Positions 11,941 to 23,650 of a stretch of DNA of 64,000 bases are shown piece after piece. The translations under genes and the position numbers were made by a program. The DNA lies in the NCBI RefSeq assembly GCF_000143415.4, contig NW_003314262.1:6013531-6077530 (forward strand), in the 5' to 3' direction. The DNA is from Selaginella moellendorffii. Taxonomy: Eukaryota > Plantae > Lycopodiophyta. Below the pieces are notes generated by a model, which was not told the DNA's origin, ran no database searches, and saw only the letters and a list, made by a program, of their open reading frames with translations. Positions within the stretch are counted from its first letter, which is position 1; each line of letters begins with the position of its first letter.

Positions 11941-13424
11941 CTAGTAACATCTTTGATAATTTCTCCAAAGTAAAAATGCAAAAATCTCCTTAGGGTTTCC
12001 TCGGCTCCCTTTTCTTTTGGACTGGTGCGTATCACGCAGTGGAATGTTTTTTCGTTTTCTAGCTGCCAGAGTCGTTTTGATCGTTCCAGTCTTTCAGCGT
12101 AAGAATTTGCACTTCCTCGACGTTTTTGTGCCGATTGCTGCCACGCCTGGTTTCCAGACAAGAAAAAAAAAAGGAAAGAAACAATGTTCCATCTACACCA
12201 GAGATTGAGAACACATCAATCCTGTCAAAGTTTTCTATTTCCTTCAAACTGAAAGCCACTAAAATCTCGTTACCTACAGAAGCAGCACGGGGCACGGATT
12301 GGAGCTGTGAATCAAATCGCCAAAGGTGGTGCTTGTTTGGCATGTTGGTGCGGCGAGAATCTTTGTTGTCCAGGTAGAGTAGAGATTTTATTTGCATTTG
12401 CATTTATATCCCCGACCATTAGTTCGTTTTTTTTCTCCTGTGTGTGTCAACTTATCCTAGTTGATCGATTTGTGGTTTGTTTTCTTGGACAGGGTGGGCC
12501 GTGGCAAGCTCGATAGAGACACAGTGACAGGCACACGGATGGGAAAAAAAAAAAAGAAAATAGAAAAAGAAAAAATCTAAACTTGTTCCAAAGTGGTTGC
12601 CAAATCTTCTTCCCTTGCAATGGTTTTTGCTTTTGGAGGTCCGTGACTGGTGAGCTTTCCTCTCCTCTTCCTTTCTCTTTTATGTTGGATTTGATACGAT
12701 TGGCTTCTCTTTGCCAAGGTCGGGTGGCCAGTGACAGCGCAAAATTACTAGACGAACTTTGGGATGGGGAAAAGGAGAAGGAAAAGAGCGTGAAGGAATC
12801 GAAAGGATGGAACTATGGCAGAAAACTAAAGGTAAGTTAAGTTTGCTTCTTCCATTGACTATAGCTTTCTCTCACGCGTGTGCTCTACAGGGAGAAAAAA
12901 TGAATACCAAAAAGCAAAACGAGAGGAAAAAACTGTTTTTGGGGACCCAGCTCATTGACCTCTTACAAACAGGCAAGTGAGGTATTTATATGTGTATTTC
13001 CGATTTTTTTCTGGTGTTTTTTTACTGAGCTTGGGGACATATACACCCCCCACTTTGGCTTCTTTTCTAAAAAAGGGCATCACATCACAGCACACGCACA
13101 CACACAAGCATTCTCCATCCATCGCCTTTCTCCTTCTTGAATGTCACCAAACTGGTGTAAGTTGTGGGAGGCGAAGATCTTGCCTGGTGATTCCAAAAGC
13201 TTGTAGCGCCAGTCCCTCGCTCGAATTTGGATTGCTCTATCCGGGAAATCCTTTGTCCTTGGAGCCAAGGCGGGAGATCACACAAGCTTCAAAGGGTAAG
13301 AACTCATTGTCTCATTTCTCACTCCATACACAATCTTTCTTCGTTTTTTCTCTTTTTTCCTTGTTGTGCTTCGTCCAGGAGCGGCAGGGAGAGGAATTCA
13401 AGCTTGCAAGCTCCGAGATCTACC

Positions 13425-14109
13425 ATGGAAGATAAAGTGGACCGGGAATGCAGTATGTGTGGCGATATTGGATTCTCGTCGGAGCTGTTCCAGTGCAAGG
13501 AATGCAACTTTAGATGGCAGCACAGGTATTCCTCCATTATTCTGCTTTGGTCATTCGATTCCAGTGACAAGATTTCTCGCAACTCACACCAAACTTGCCT
13601 TGTGTTTCCCGTCCAGCTACTGCAGCAGACTTTATCCCAACATGGAGAGTGGCAATTGGGGAGAGTGGCCGGTGTGCGACTGGTGCTTTGGAGCTCTCGG
13701 GGTAAAAGCAACACTCAAGCCAAAGCGGAGTGCCAGCATCAAGCTGAGAAGAAGCTCCAGCTCCAACTACGAAGAACAGGTGTACCAGGCACAAAAAGGA
13801 TCCAAGGATGAGAACCACCATCGCTGGGATGCTCTCGATTATCTCCTGGAGGTGGCACACATGAGCTCCTTGTCTGATGGAGAGACGAGTATGAAGAGGC
13901 AGGCGTGCAGCAGCAAGAGAACTTGTGCCAGGAAATTAAGCTCTGCCTCTTCTTCTCCCAGCAGCAGCTTCAAGCGCCCCCAACAAAAGTGGGGATTTTT
14001 GAGCGAAAGGATCAAACTCGACAGCTCCAAGTTATCTCCTTCCAGCTCCAAGCCAAGTTCTCCCAAGCCGGTTTGTAATCGCAGATACAAGTTTCTATCA
14101 GATGTGTGA
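13425..14109 (+). CDS. Plant PHD-like zinc-finger protein (2 exons: 13425-13525, 13617-14109)
   Basis: ECSMCGDIGFSSELFQCKECNFRWQHS|YCSRLYP..CDWC and the family C-terminus RRYKFLSDV; a GT-AG intron restores the frame. Confidence 0.88.
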
Positions 14110-15194
14110 CTAGCTTCTATCAGATCGAGGAGGGGACAGAAAAAAAAACCACAAGATTTCGCGAAGGTGGTGTTTCTGGGATCAGAGATGAAAAGCTTGC
14201 ATGAGCTTGTGGGTTCTTACATAAAGATAATACTATGAAGAAGCGAGCTCGGACTTTGATGCTAAAGATCTTTGTTGGTGTGTTGGGTCTACTGGCTTAC
14301 GTAAACATCTGCACAATCAATTCAATCAGGCTTGCCAGGAGCATCATATCCATTGTTTCCAAAGGGCAAGTTTGACATGGTTTTAGCACATAATGGGGGA
14401 AATTTTCTCCGCTGCTTTGTCTGACACCTTGCTAAAAGGAAAATAAAAAATCTACATCTTTTTAGTAATATACGAGCAATATCCATATCTTATGGTTCTT
14501 GCTTGCGTGAACCATTTGTGTTAAGCAACAGCTACATTGGATATAAAGTGTACGATATTTTTTAAATTTTTTTTATGGGTGGGGTGGCGTACAACACTGA
14601 AAGGAAATCCAAAAGAGTGGATCATATCATTTAGTTGGCTGGCTTCGCAATACTTTGGTAATCAAAAGAAAATGTTTGGTCTCTGAATTTTCTTTACATT
14701 TTATACTGTTATACTTTTTCATTTTTCAATTATTAATATGCTCCTTGGATTCTCGACGAATGTGGACGAGAGACGGCTGATTTGCCAAAGCTGGAAAGCT
14801 TCCTTACATCAGTGGTGTTTATCTTTGTTCCTCTGTAATAGAGCAACTTGGGCATGGGGAATCTCCTGCAGATTCAAGGTGAGTCCACCACAATCCAAAA
14901 CTCATCCATTGTGCCAGTCAAGCTTCTTGCTGCGAAACGCGTTTGGAACTCGCTTCTCATCGAGATTGATCTCAAACCGGGCAAGAATGTGAGCGTTCAT
15001 CGCGGCTATGGACCTCTCGAGCTGGTAGTAATCTCGACTGGATCGAATGAAAAATCTAGAAAGCTATTGAGGAGCTCGCCTCCTCTCGTGATAGAGCTAG
15101 AAGATCTAAGAAAGAGCAAAAACATTGCAATCACCGGCAAGAAAAATCACCTCCGCTTAAAGATGGAGCGAAGAACCAAGTACAAATATATAAT

Positions 15195-15246
15195 CTAGTC
15201 AACGCTATTCTAGTCAAAGTATTTACCAAATTCTAGTCAAACGCTA
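15195..15246. promoter_or_regulatory. Three tandem W-box-containing repeats (CTAGTCAA; TTGACT on the minus strand)
   Basis: ctagtcaacgctat / ctagtcaaagtat / ctagtcaaacgctat, next to TATATA at ~15187-15192. Confidence 0.5.
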
Positions 15247-15249
15247 TGA

Positions 15250-16494
15250 ATGCTTTCCAGGAATCTTGGAAGGAGGGGTGGCGCCGTAGCGAGGGATTTG
15301 GCCGAGAGGTTGGGGCCCGAGAGCAGCAGGGACGAACTCGTGCTCGCTCTAAACCATTGCGCGTCCGCGGGGGATCTCGAGCAGGGCAGACAAATCCACG
15401 CCAAGATCACGCAGCGCCGCCTGCGATCCAGCTCCTTCCTCACCAATCACTTGATCAAAATGTATGGCGACTGCGGCGACGCCACATCCGCGCTCGCAGT
15501 CTTCGCGCGCCTCAAGCGGAGGAACGTTTTCTCGTGGAATCTGGCGATCGCGGCGTGTGGCGGCGAGGATCTCTCCATGGGGCTTTACCGATCGATGCTC
15601 CTCGAGGGCCAATTGCCGGACAACATCACCTTCGTCAATCTTATAGCCGGACGCAGTAGATCGCTGAAAGAGGGCAAAGCCATCCATGAGCACGCGGTTG
15701 AGAGTGGATCGATCGCGGACGTGGTAGTGGCTACGGCGATGGTGAGTCTCTATGGGCGATTGGATCAAATTGCTGAGGCAAAGAAACTCTTTGATGCAAT
15801 GCCGGAGAAGAACCAAGTTTCCTGGACCGCGATGATCACAGCATATGCCCGGAACGGGTATCGCAGCGAAGAATCGATCGAGCTCTACTTCCAGATGACC
15901 AGGATTCACGCGCTTGATCCCGATCGCGTGACTTTCATTGCGCTCCTCGAATCTTGCACGTCGGGATCGCTGGCGCTGCGCGATGGAGCAATGATCGAGC
16001 AAGAGATCGTCGCTCGTGGCCTTGACGGCGAACCCTCCATAGCCGTCGCGCTCGTCACAATGTTTGCTCGATGCGGAGGCATTGACAGCGCGAGGATAGC
16101 CTTTGATCGAGCTTGCCATCGCAAGAACATTGGCTTCGCGGCGTGGACGGCTATGGTAGCCGCATATGCCCAGCACGGGCATCTGGAGCTAGCGGTGGAG
16201 ATTCACCGTCTCATGGCGCTCGACGGCCAGGATTGCGATTCCGTCACCTTTGTCAATCTCCTGTTTGCTTGCAGCCACGCCGGGAGGCTCCACGACGCTT
16301 GGAATTGCTTTGCATCGATGAGTGGAGATTTCTGGGTGGAATCTGTGCTGGATCACTACGTTTGCGTGGTGGATCTCCTTGGGCGATTAGGGAAGCTGGA
16401 AGAGGCTGAGGATCTAGCGACCAACATGCCATTCGAGCCTGTGGAATCGGTGTGGATGAGCTTCTTATCCGCGATTCTATGTTCTCTTGAATAG
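15250..16494 (+). CDS. PLS-class pentatricopeptide repeat protein, ending in a partial E domain
   Basis: Intronless; contains NVFSWN, FDAMPEKNQVSWTAMITAYARNG, VTFVNLLFACSHAG and HYVCVVDLLGRLG..MPFEP. Confidence 0.92.
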   Translation: MLSRNLGRRGGAVARDLAERLGPESSRDELVLALNHCASAGDLEQGRQIHAKITQRRLRSSSFLTNHLIKMYGDCGDATSALAVFARLKRRNVFSWNLAIAACGGEDLSMGLYRSMLLEGQLPDNITFVNLIAGRSRSLKEGKAIHEHAVESGSIADVVVATAMVSLYGRLDQIAEAKKLFDAMPEKNQVSWTAMITAYARNGYRSEESIELYFQMTRIHALDPDRVTFIALLESCTSGSLALRDGAMIEQEIVARGLDGEPSIAVALVTMFARCGGIDSARIAFDRACHRKNIGFAAWTAMVAAYAQHGHLELAVEIHRLMALDGQDCDSVTFVNLLFACSHAGRLHDAWNCFASMSGDFWVESVLDHYVCVVDLLGRLGKLEEAEDLATNMPFEPVESVWMSFLSAILCSLE

Positions 16495-16569
16495 CAAGCA
16501 TATTCATGCATTTCTCAACCCTTTTATTCTATATTTTGCGATCCTACGAAAACTTAGGTCAAGCGAAGC

Positions 16570-17424
16570 ATGGTAAAGTCAAAGAGAAAGAGTCAGACGA
16601 AGCAAAGGAAGCAAAGCTATGGCAAAAACGACGTAGTAATGTGCCCATTCGACGCTGATCACGTAAGAAGATTCGAGTTAGATACCGAGTACGAGCCGAG
16701 AGGTTTGCCACCAGGTGTGTACCCATGCCCTAGGTGTGGATCTTACAAGACTCGCTTCGATCACTATAACAACCGAGATGGCGGGAACTTCAAGTATGGA
16801 AACAAAAAATCACCAATGTTCGCGTGTAAAAATGGCTGCGGCAAAAGGTTTAAGGTAACTAATCGCTACTGGGAGAAGTATGGGCCAGATGGGAAACCCA
16901 CTCAAACGTCGGAAAATGGTGGTGAAGACCTGGTTGGCACAAGTTTGCCACAAATTGGAATGGTGTTGGAAAATGGTGGCGACGACTTTAGTTTGCCACA
17001 AATCGGAATCGATGACACTGCTGTTTGTGTGAGCAACACCCAATTTACACAAACTAGCATGGAGATCGACGCTGACAATGGTGACAATGGTCGTTGCATG
17101 GAAGGGACTGTAAGTTACGACGTGGAGGAGATTGATCAAGGAACAAGCGACATGCAGGAGATCACGAAAGATGACATGGAGGAGATTGATCAAGGAGCAA
17201 GCACGAAAGATGGCGAAGAGGGTTATACGTCTGTGAATGACAGTCCGATTGATTGGGATGTTGCTGGGTTTGTGAGGAAGATGCAAGAAACTTACGAGGA
17301 ATACGTGAATTCTGGAGAGCTTGATCCTTGCGAGGAGCTTCTCATGCCAAAGTCTTGTAATTCCCCCGAGGTGGTCCAGATCTTCACGGGGGCCTCTGGC
17401 CATCGGGTGTTTTGTGCAATGTAA
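16570..17424 (+). CDS. Atypical Dof-like zinc-finger protein with an acidic, repeat-rich tail
   Basis: CPRCGSYKTRFDHYNN...PMFACKNGC...RYW resembles the Dof motif CPRCxSxxTKFCYYNN..QPR.FCK.C.RYW; basic N-terminus; 284-aa intronless ORF. Confidence 0.65.
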   Translation: MVKSKRKSQTKQRKQSYGKNDVVMCPFDADHVRRFELDTEYEPRGLPPGVYPCPRCGSYKTRFDHYNNRDGGNFKYGNKKSPMFACKNGCGKRFKVTNRYWEKYGPDGKPTQTSENGGEDLVGTSLPQIGMVLENGGDDFSLPQIGIDDTAVCVSNTQFTQTSMEIDADNGDNGRCMEGTVSYDVEEIDQGTSDMQEITKDDMEEIDQGASTKDGEEGYTSVNDSPIDWDVAGFVRKMQETYEEYVNSGELDPCEELLMPKSCNSPEVVQIFTGASGHRVFCAM

Positions 17425-17477
17425 AGGAGTGTAAATTCTTGCGAAAATTAGCATTGAAAGCTAGAGAAAAGAGACTC

Positions 17478-18305
17478 TTAAGCTCCAGAACTTCCAGCAG
17501 TTCTAAGCCCAATAGTCCGTAATCTATATCTATACTGAGGAGCTTCTTCTTCATCCTCGTCACTCTGATCGTCATCGCCAATGTTGTTCCACTTGGAGTA
17601 GTCTATGGTGGAGTGTGCTTTGGGCTTTGAAACAGCAACGCAGCCACTTTTCTTGTTCTCAGCCTCTTCAAGTTCCTTGTGTTGTTCATTTGGAAGAACA
17701 GTGGTCGGCGAGAAGGAATGCAAGGCTTCCGCCGCTGGCGACGATGGACACTCCTCCTCGCATTCTGGAATGGGAGCGAGCGTCTGTTCGTGAAAAATCA
17801 TAAACTCGTCACAAAAAAACTGGATGAAAGGCTAAAGATCTCTCTCTTTTCCCCCTATTTCTTGCGTACCATTTGTGTTCTTAAGCGGGCCTCCAGTTCC
17901 CTATACGCAGGAACTTTTGGATTGATCTCGAGAAGCCTGGTTACATCGAACAGTGCCGATTGGTACTCTTTCAAAGCAATTAGTGTTTGAGCTCGCAGCA
18001 TCAAAACACTTGTGTGGTTGCAGTCCATTGCCAACACTGCTCCACATTCTTCAGCTGCCTGTATAGCAAAAAAACATAGAAAGACAAGAAAAAGAAAAAG
18101 AAAAAAAAAAGAAAAAAAAGAGGGAGACTTTAGAACTTACCTCTCTGAATCGGTGGAGCTTCAAATAACATGCAGCTCTATTGCTATAGAGAGCAATCTT
18201 GTGAGTAAATGATGTTGTTGATTCTAGCATAGCTGTGTAAAGCTCAAGGGCTTCATCAAATCGTCCATCCCTATACCTTTGATGAGCTGATTCAATCGTT
18301 TCCAT
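17478..18305 (-). CDS. TPR-domain protein (3 exons: 18305-18141, 18058-17870, 17783-17478)
   Basis: EALELYT..LYSNRAACYLKL..LMLRAQTLIALKEYQSALFDV..LLEINP; acidic tail IDYSKW..PQYRYRLRTIG; GT-AG introns in frame. Confidence 0.88.
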
Positions 18306-18515
18306 GGCTGTGGCAGTAGTGGCAGCAACCACCTGCCACAACCAATCAATCGATCGATCCCAAGAGGAAGATCTGCCAAAACCCTAGACAAGAACACCAA
18401 ACATTGCTCCCAATTTGAATGCTTCACCTGGGCGGGATAAAATAATAATTCTATTATTATTATTACAAACAAACGATGCCCTCTCACAGCCGTCGATCCT
18501 GGGCTCGTCGAGCCG

Positions 18516-21500
18516 TCAGATTCCCGCCTGGAATGACCAGTTGACGAACATGAGAGCCAAGTGCTGCTCGTCCACTCTCCACACTAGTCCACGCTCGTAG
18601 CACACTCTTTTTCCCTTGCTCGTTTGAGCGATTCCCTCTGGAAGCTCGCCATTTTCCTGTAAGAACATCAAGTTTGATGATGGTTAGCTAGAAGCTTGAT
18701 AGAACGGTAGAAGCTTACCTCCCGGAGTAGTTTTGCTAGCTCGCTGTCGAGACCATAGCCGATAGTCCTCTCCCAGGATACTGTTTGAAGCTCTTCGATT
18801 TTGGTTTCCAGCATTTGTAGGCCAGCTTGGTTGGCGATCACAAATTCTGGTGTAGCCTGTGATTGATAGAATGGACAACCTTAAGAGTGGAAACTTTTCC
18901 AAGGGAAAGAAGAACTTGCCTTTAGAGAGCAGCATATAATCGCTGCGGCGTAGTGCCAGAAGAGCATCACGATAGCGTCCTTGTCAGTGAAGTTGCGAGG
19001 TATGATATCGACTCCATGACTGACACTGCATCAACAAACTATATAGGTGTCTCTTCAGCTATGAGAAAAAGATAGAACTTATCGAGAAACAGCAAGGTAC
19101 GATCATAGTACCTGTAGCTTTGTAGAATCTGATGGATGAGCGAAGCTCCTTTGGATGACACGAAGGGAGCGTCAGCCGAGGAAGATCCGAGAGATGACGC
19201 AGCGAGCGAGAGAGTGATGCGTTGGACAAAGTCCATAACGTTTCGGATGTAATTGCGGGCCATCTCTGCGACGGTGTCACGAGTTCCAACCTCGTACATG
19301 AACTGGAATGCGATGGTTAGGATGGAGCGGGCGAACTTGTGGTTCTTTCGCTTGCCGCTTCTCAACTCTTCGGAATCGGATTGACGCTTGACAATGTCGT
19401 CCTGCACACTTCTTTCGTGAAAACAAGAAATGAGTTAAATGAGCTTGGACTTACCATGTCATCGCAAAGAGGAAGGACACGGAATCCTGACGACAGAAGC
19501 GGCATATCATCGGAAAGATTGGCATCGACTGGAGCAAAGATGAGTTGCGAGCAACCATCGATGTCTTCGTCTTCAATTCCACTACATAACTTTGGATAGA
19601 GAAACATAACTGTGTGAGGAGTAGTAACAAACATACTGAAAAATACCTGTAGCAGATAAATTTCCCTGGAAAGTATTGTTCCATCTTCTGCGGAATAATG
19701 TCCTTCCAAAATCACTGCCTCCAAAAACTAAAAGAGTTTCCACTCAACTTGATAGTACTAAAGAATAGTGGGCAAGTAGCTTACATCTTCCTTTGCTGTG
19801 TGAAAAAGTGGAACGTGTGCTTGCCTTTTCCCATGACTTCTGGATGCAGCATCCTGCTGGAAAAAATCCATATTGCATCCCCACTCTGACCGGTGGTCCC
19901 TTAAAAATCGTATGAGATACGAAGGATGAACATTCTGGGACCAGAAAAAGAAAAAGAAGAAAGAAAACAAAAACCAGCCAAATAGAAGTAAGAAGAAAGT
20001 AAGAAATCGCGAGTAAACGGTTATGCGTCAAATTTACCTGAAGAAGCATGGATGCCTTGGCACACAATACTCCAGCCAGACTAGACAACCTATCAGACTG
20101 AAACTTTGAAAGGCTAAAGTTTATCGTGGCATTGCAGCTGACAGCTACATTGTCCAAGCCATCGCCACCCATAGTGCACCATCCATCGTCTGGAAATCCA
20201 TTTACAGCGTCATTGAAGCCTCTGTCTCAACAAGAAAAACAAAGAAGTCCCATAAAGAAAGAAAGAATGAAAAGAAACACAAAATGACAGACCTTGCCAT
20301 GCGCCGGCTGAGAGATCTCAGCACGGAAGGCTGCTGACCGCCACCGACAACAATTTCGCCAATTTCCTCTTGAGCAAGATGCTTTAAGAAGCGCAGTGCC
20401 TACAGTATTGTGTATGGGATTTAGCACTTCGAAGTAAGAAAGAAAAAACTTGATTACCTTGACAGTCATCCTCTGTGCAAGGAGAGACGAGGACCTATAC
20501 AAAGGACGCGTAAGAACCTCAGAGACACTAGAAGGCTGCGAAAAAAAAGAAAAGAGAAAAAGACGAAACTTTACTTTTAGATAATGCGAGTCATTAGCCA
20601 GTACCTTTAGATCCAAGTGGTCAATAATGTGTACAATGCAGCTCCCACCTTCGCAAGGACGAACCAGATAGCCACTCGTAAGCATCTCCGCGCGTACAAA
20701 GTACTGCGTGGATGGAACGTAGGATAGACATTCTGCATCACTTATGGAGCGCTCACAGACCTGTACAGCGGATAGAATTTCTTTTTCTTTCCATACAAAG
20801 AGACAAAAAGGCTGTAGTAATTACCACAAGGTTTCCATCTTCCAAGGACGTGGTCAATCTCAAGGTGCAAAAATCACGAGGAGGAGCAAGCGTCGTCGGA
20901 GCATAAAGCTTCGCAAAGAAACAAAAGTAAAACCACTCACAAAGTTAGACTTTGCTCTGTACCTGCGTGTGCATAATCTCCATTGTTGATCCATTCTCGG
21001 AAGAGCATATATGGATAACATCCGAGCGTCGGCAGTCCCAAAGCCAAGAGGTCTTATCTTTTAAAACCTCCACAATCTAGATGCCAGAGAAAAAGCCGCG
21101 CCTTATTAAACAGAGAAAAGCAAAAGAAACCCTCCACTCACTTACTCGAGTAGCCTCCAGTGCAACCAAACCCAGTGCTCTTGCTGCAATACCATCACAT
21201 CCGTGTGAAATTGCTACGATGCCAAAAGAATCAGGACCAGGCTGCAAGATCCACATGAGGAACTAGAAAAAAAACTAGAAAAGATTAAAAGAACAACCTT
21301 CATCCCGAGCAACTGGATCCAGTCAACAGCAGTACCTGTGGCTTTCGCAAGAAAGTCAGCCAGCGACTGCTCTGCCAATGCCGATAATCTGGAAAAAAAA
21401 CACCAGGAAAGCGACAATGAGCAACAAGCCAAACGAGGAGATATCGTGTAAAGCTAAAGAAGTACTAAAACTAACCCGACAGGACCATGGTCGAGAGAAA

Positions 21501-22074
21501 GATGCTGTATGTTTGGAAGTTCGGAGGTTCCAGCAATCTCGGAACTCCCCGCAGCAAGAGCGCCTCCTACCTGTAAACTTGCAAGATCAACAAAGAACAC
21601 AAGAACAATACTGCATACTTGCGATGCTTCCATCGGCGGCCTCTGGCTGCTGCAATCTCCATAGAGATGCTTCCTCAGCGTGTGCTTTTGCAGTGTAAGC
21701 TGCGTGGATTGCTTCGCAAGGTGGTCATTGTTCTCCACAAGGATCTTGTTCAAAGCAGTGAGCTTGGAGTTGAGACCGTGGAGGCGGCTGGTTTCCTTCC
21801 TTTGCTTCTCTCGACATCTGCAAAGCATCAAAGAAGGAAACCAAGGAGAATAAAAACCAAGTGTCCAAGAAGAAGAGAAGAACTTTGATCTTCCTTACCG
21901 CCGGTTTTGGAACCAAACTTTGAGCTGCTTGGGGGCGATGTTTGCGAGAATGGGAGCTTCTTTCATGAGCTGCTGGCGGCGCAGAGAGCTGGGCTTGGGG
22001 CACTCATTGTAAACAAGCTCCAAGATCTCCAGCTGCTCGTTAGTGTACCGGGCGTACTTATTCTGCGGATCCAT
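18516..22074 (-). CDS. C3HDZ: Class III HD-ZIP transcription factor (homeodomain, leucine zipper, START, MEKHLA), multi-exon
   Basis: KYARYTNEQ..KVWFQNRR|CREKQRKE; FLAKATGTAVDW..GMKPGPDS; RSILTIAFQF; ANQAGLQMLET; MFVNWSF. Confidence 0.96.
21232..21308 (-). promoter_or_regulatory. Intron-split miR165/166 complementary site
   Basis: Spliced sequence TCGGGATGAAG|CCTGGTCCTG across the 56-nt intron 21242-21297. Confidence 0.85.
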
Positions 22075-22403
22075 ACAAACTTCTCTCGTCCCTAGAAGCC
22101 TACCTCAAGCGTCTACATTGGAGCGCTGCCATCGCCAATCGATCAAAAGGCGAGAAAAAAAAAAAGCGGAGCACGCATCGAATCGCGTCGAAAATGTGAG
22201 CGAGCACTCCTCTCAAACCCTAATCATAAGAGGAGTTTTGAATTTGTGACCACAAGCATTTGTGCCAGTGGCGCGCTCTAGTGGGACGCGTGGCAGCTCG
22301 TTGTTGGAGAGTGGGTCCCTATCGGCGGCGCCGCCAGCGGCGGAGCTTGTCGGGCGGGCAGAGGCAAAAAGACTGCGGTGTCTTGCCCGCGGCGAACGGG
22401 AGG

Positions 22404-22417
22404 GCGCCACGTGGCGC
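22404..22417. promoter_or_regulatory. 14-bp palindrome with a G-box (GCGCCACGTGGCGC) upstream of the HD-ZIP III gene
   Basis: Read directly; two CCAAT boxes on the minus strand at ~22426 and ~22446. Confidence 0.45.
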
Positions 22418-22946
22418 ACGCGGCTATTGGCTGCTGGGCCATCGCATTGGCATCAATCAAACTTGAGCTTTACAACTCAGAGGACGGGCGAACAGTAATA
22501 GCAATCACCAAATTCTTGGATTGGGAATTTGGAGTGATTGGATTTTATCTATCTTCCAAGTGATTACTTATTACCTTGAAAGCGAAGCCATGAATTATGG
22601 TTAATGATTTTGGGCGATCGATCAAAAGAGAGACAAAGAAGAACAAGGTACAAAGATCAAGCGACCGGGCACGAAAAAATACCCGCTGTTTCCGTTGTTT
22701 CTTGATAGTCAAAGTTATCATTTCATGGTGGTCATGATCTCCATTTTTTTTGTTTCATGGAAAGAGAGAAAGTAAACTTCGATTCTTTGCACCGGCCGAG
22801 CAAAAAAACTCGCGGCCGATCGAATCGGAGGATGATTTTAGCATGTACATCAAAGAACAAAACCAGAAAAAACAAAAAAGCCAAAACGAAGCTCGAAAGT
22901 CGAGAGAGAGAGAGCTTTCTCTTTTTTCGTTTTTTTTTCTTCTCGT

Positions 22947-23650
22947 TTACCGGGTAGCCAGAAGCCAAAACGCGAAGAAGAACGATGGCGAGACCATGAG
23001 CCAAGTGAGGAACGTCATGGCGGCGGCAGTCTCGTACTTGGCGCACTGATTCCCGCAAGCTTTGAGGTCCCGATCGATGAGAACTGCGATTCCAGACGAT
23101 GCACAGGCAGCAGCGAAAGTTAGAGTCGCAGTAATCTGGAAGGAAAAAAAAGAGAAAGAACGATCAAGAACAAGGAAAGATCTACGTGAACTTTTGGAAA
23201 CTTTTCTTTACCCAGTCGCCGACCACGCAAAGGCTGAGAAACACGGAGTTTCGCAGGCTGGTGCGCTTGAGCAGGACGGAGAGATCCACGAGAGCGAGCG
23301 TTAAACTCCACACGAACTGTAGAACCATGGAAGCGACGAGATAGCTGCTCAAAAGAAAAGACCAAACAACCGAAGATCAAAACACTCCATCCAGCCCAAA
23401 CTTCGGGAAGAACCAACTTGGAACTTTAGAGCGCTTACCAGAAGGCGGTGATGGTGGAGAAATCCTTGACGCGGATCATGACGCTGAAGGCGCAGGCGGC
23501 GAATCCAACTTGGCCGACGCGCAATGCGAGTCCTCCAACAGTGCCGGGCATGCCCTGGAGCTCCTTAATCCTCATCCGGTGCTGTGGAAGATTGGCACCC
23601 CCGCCAGGATATATCCCAAACGGATGCACCGCGGTGTGGCTAGCATCCAT
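22947..23650 (-). CDS. CASP-like protein, CASPL5 type (3 exons)
   Basis: [24 protein letters not shown]|YLVASM.LQ..WS..VGDW|[20 protein letters not shown]. Confidence 0.92.

Noticed and set aside
23221-23340. Suspected frameshift in CASPL exon 2
   Set aside because: Re-reading shows a continuous frame ([27 protein letters not shown]).
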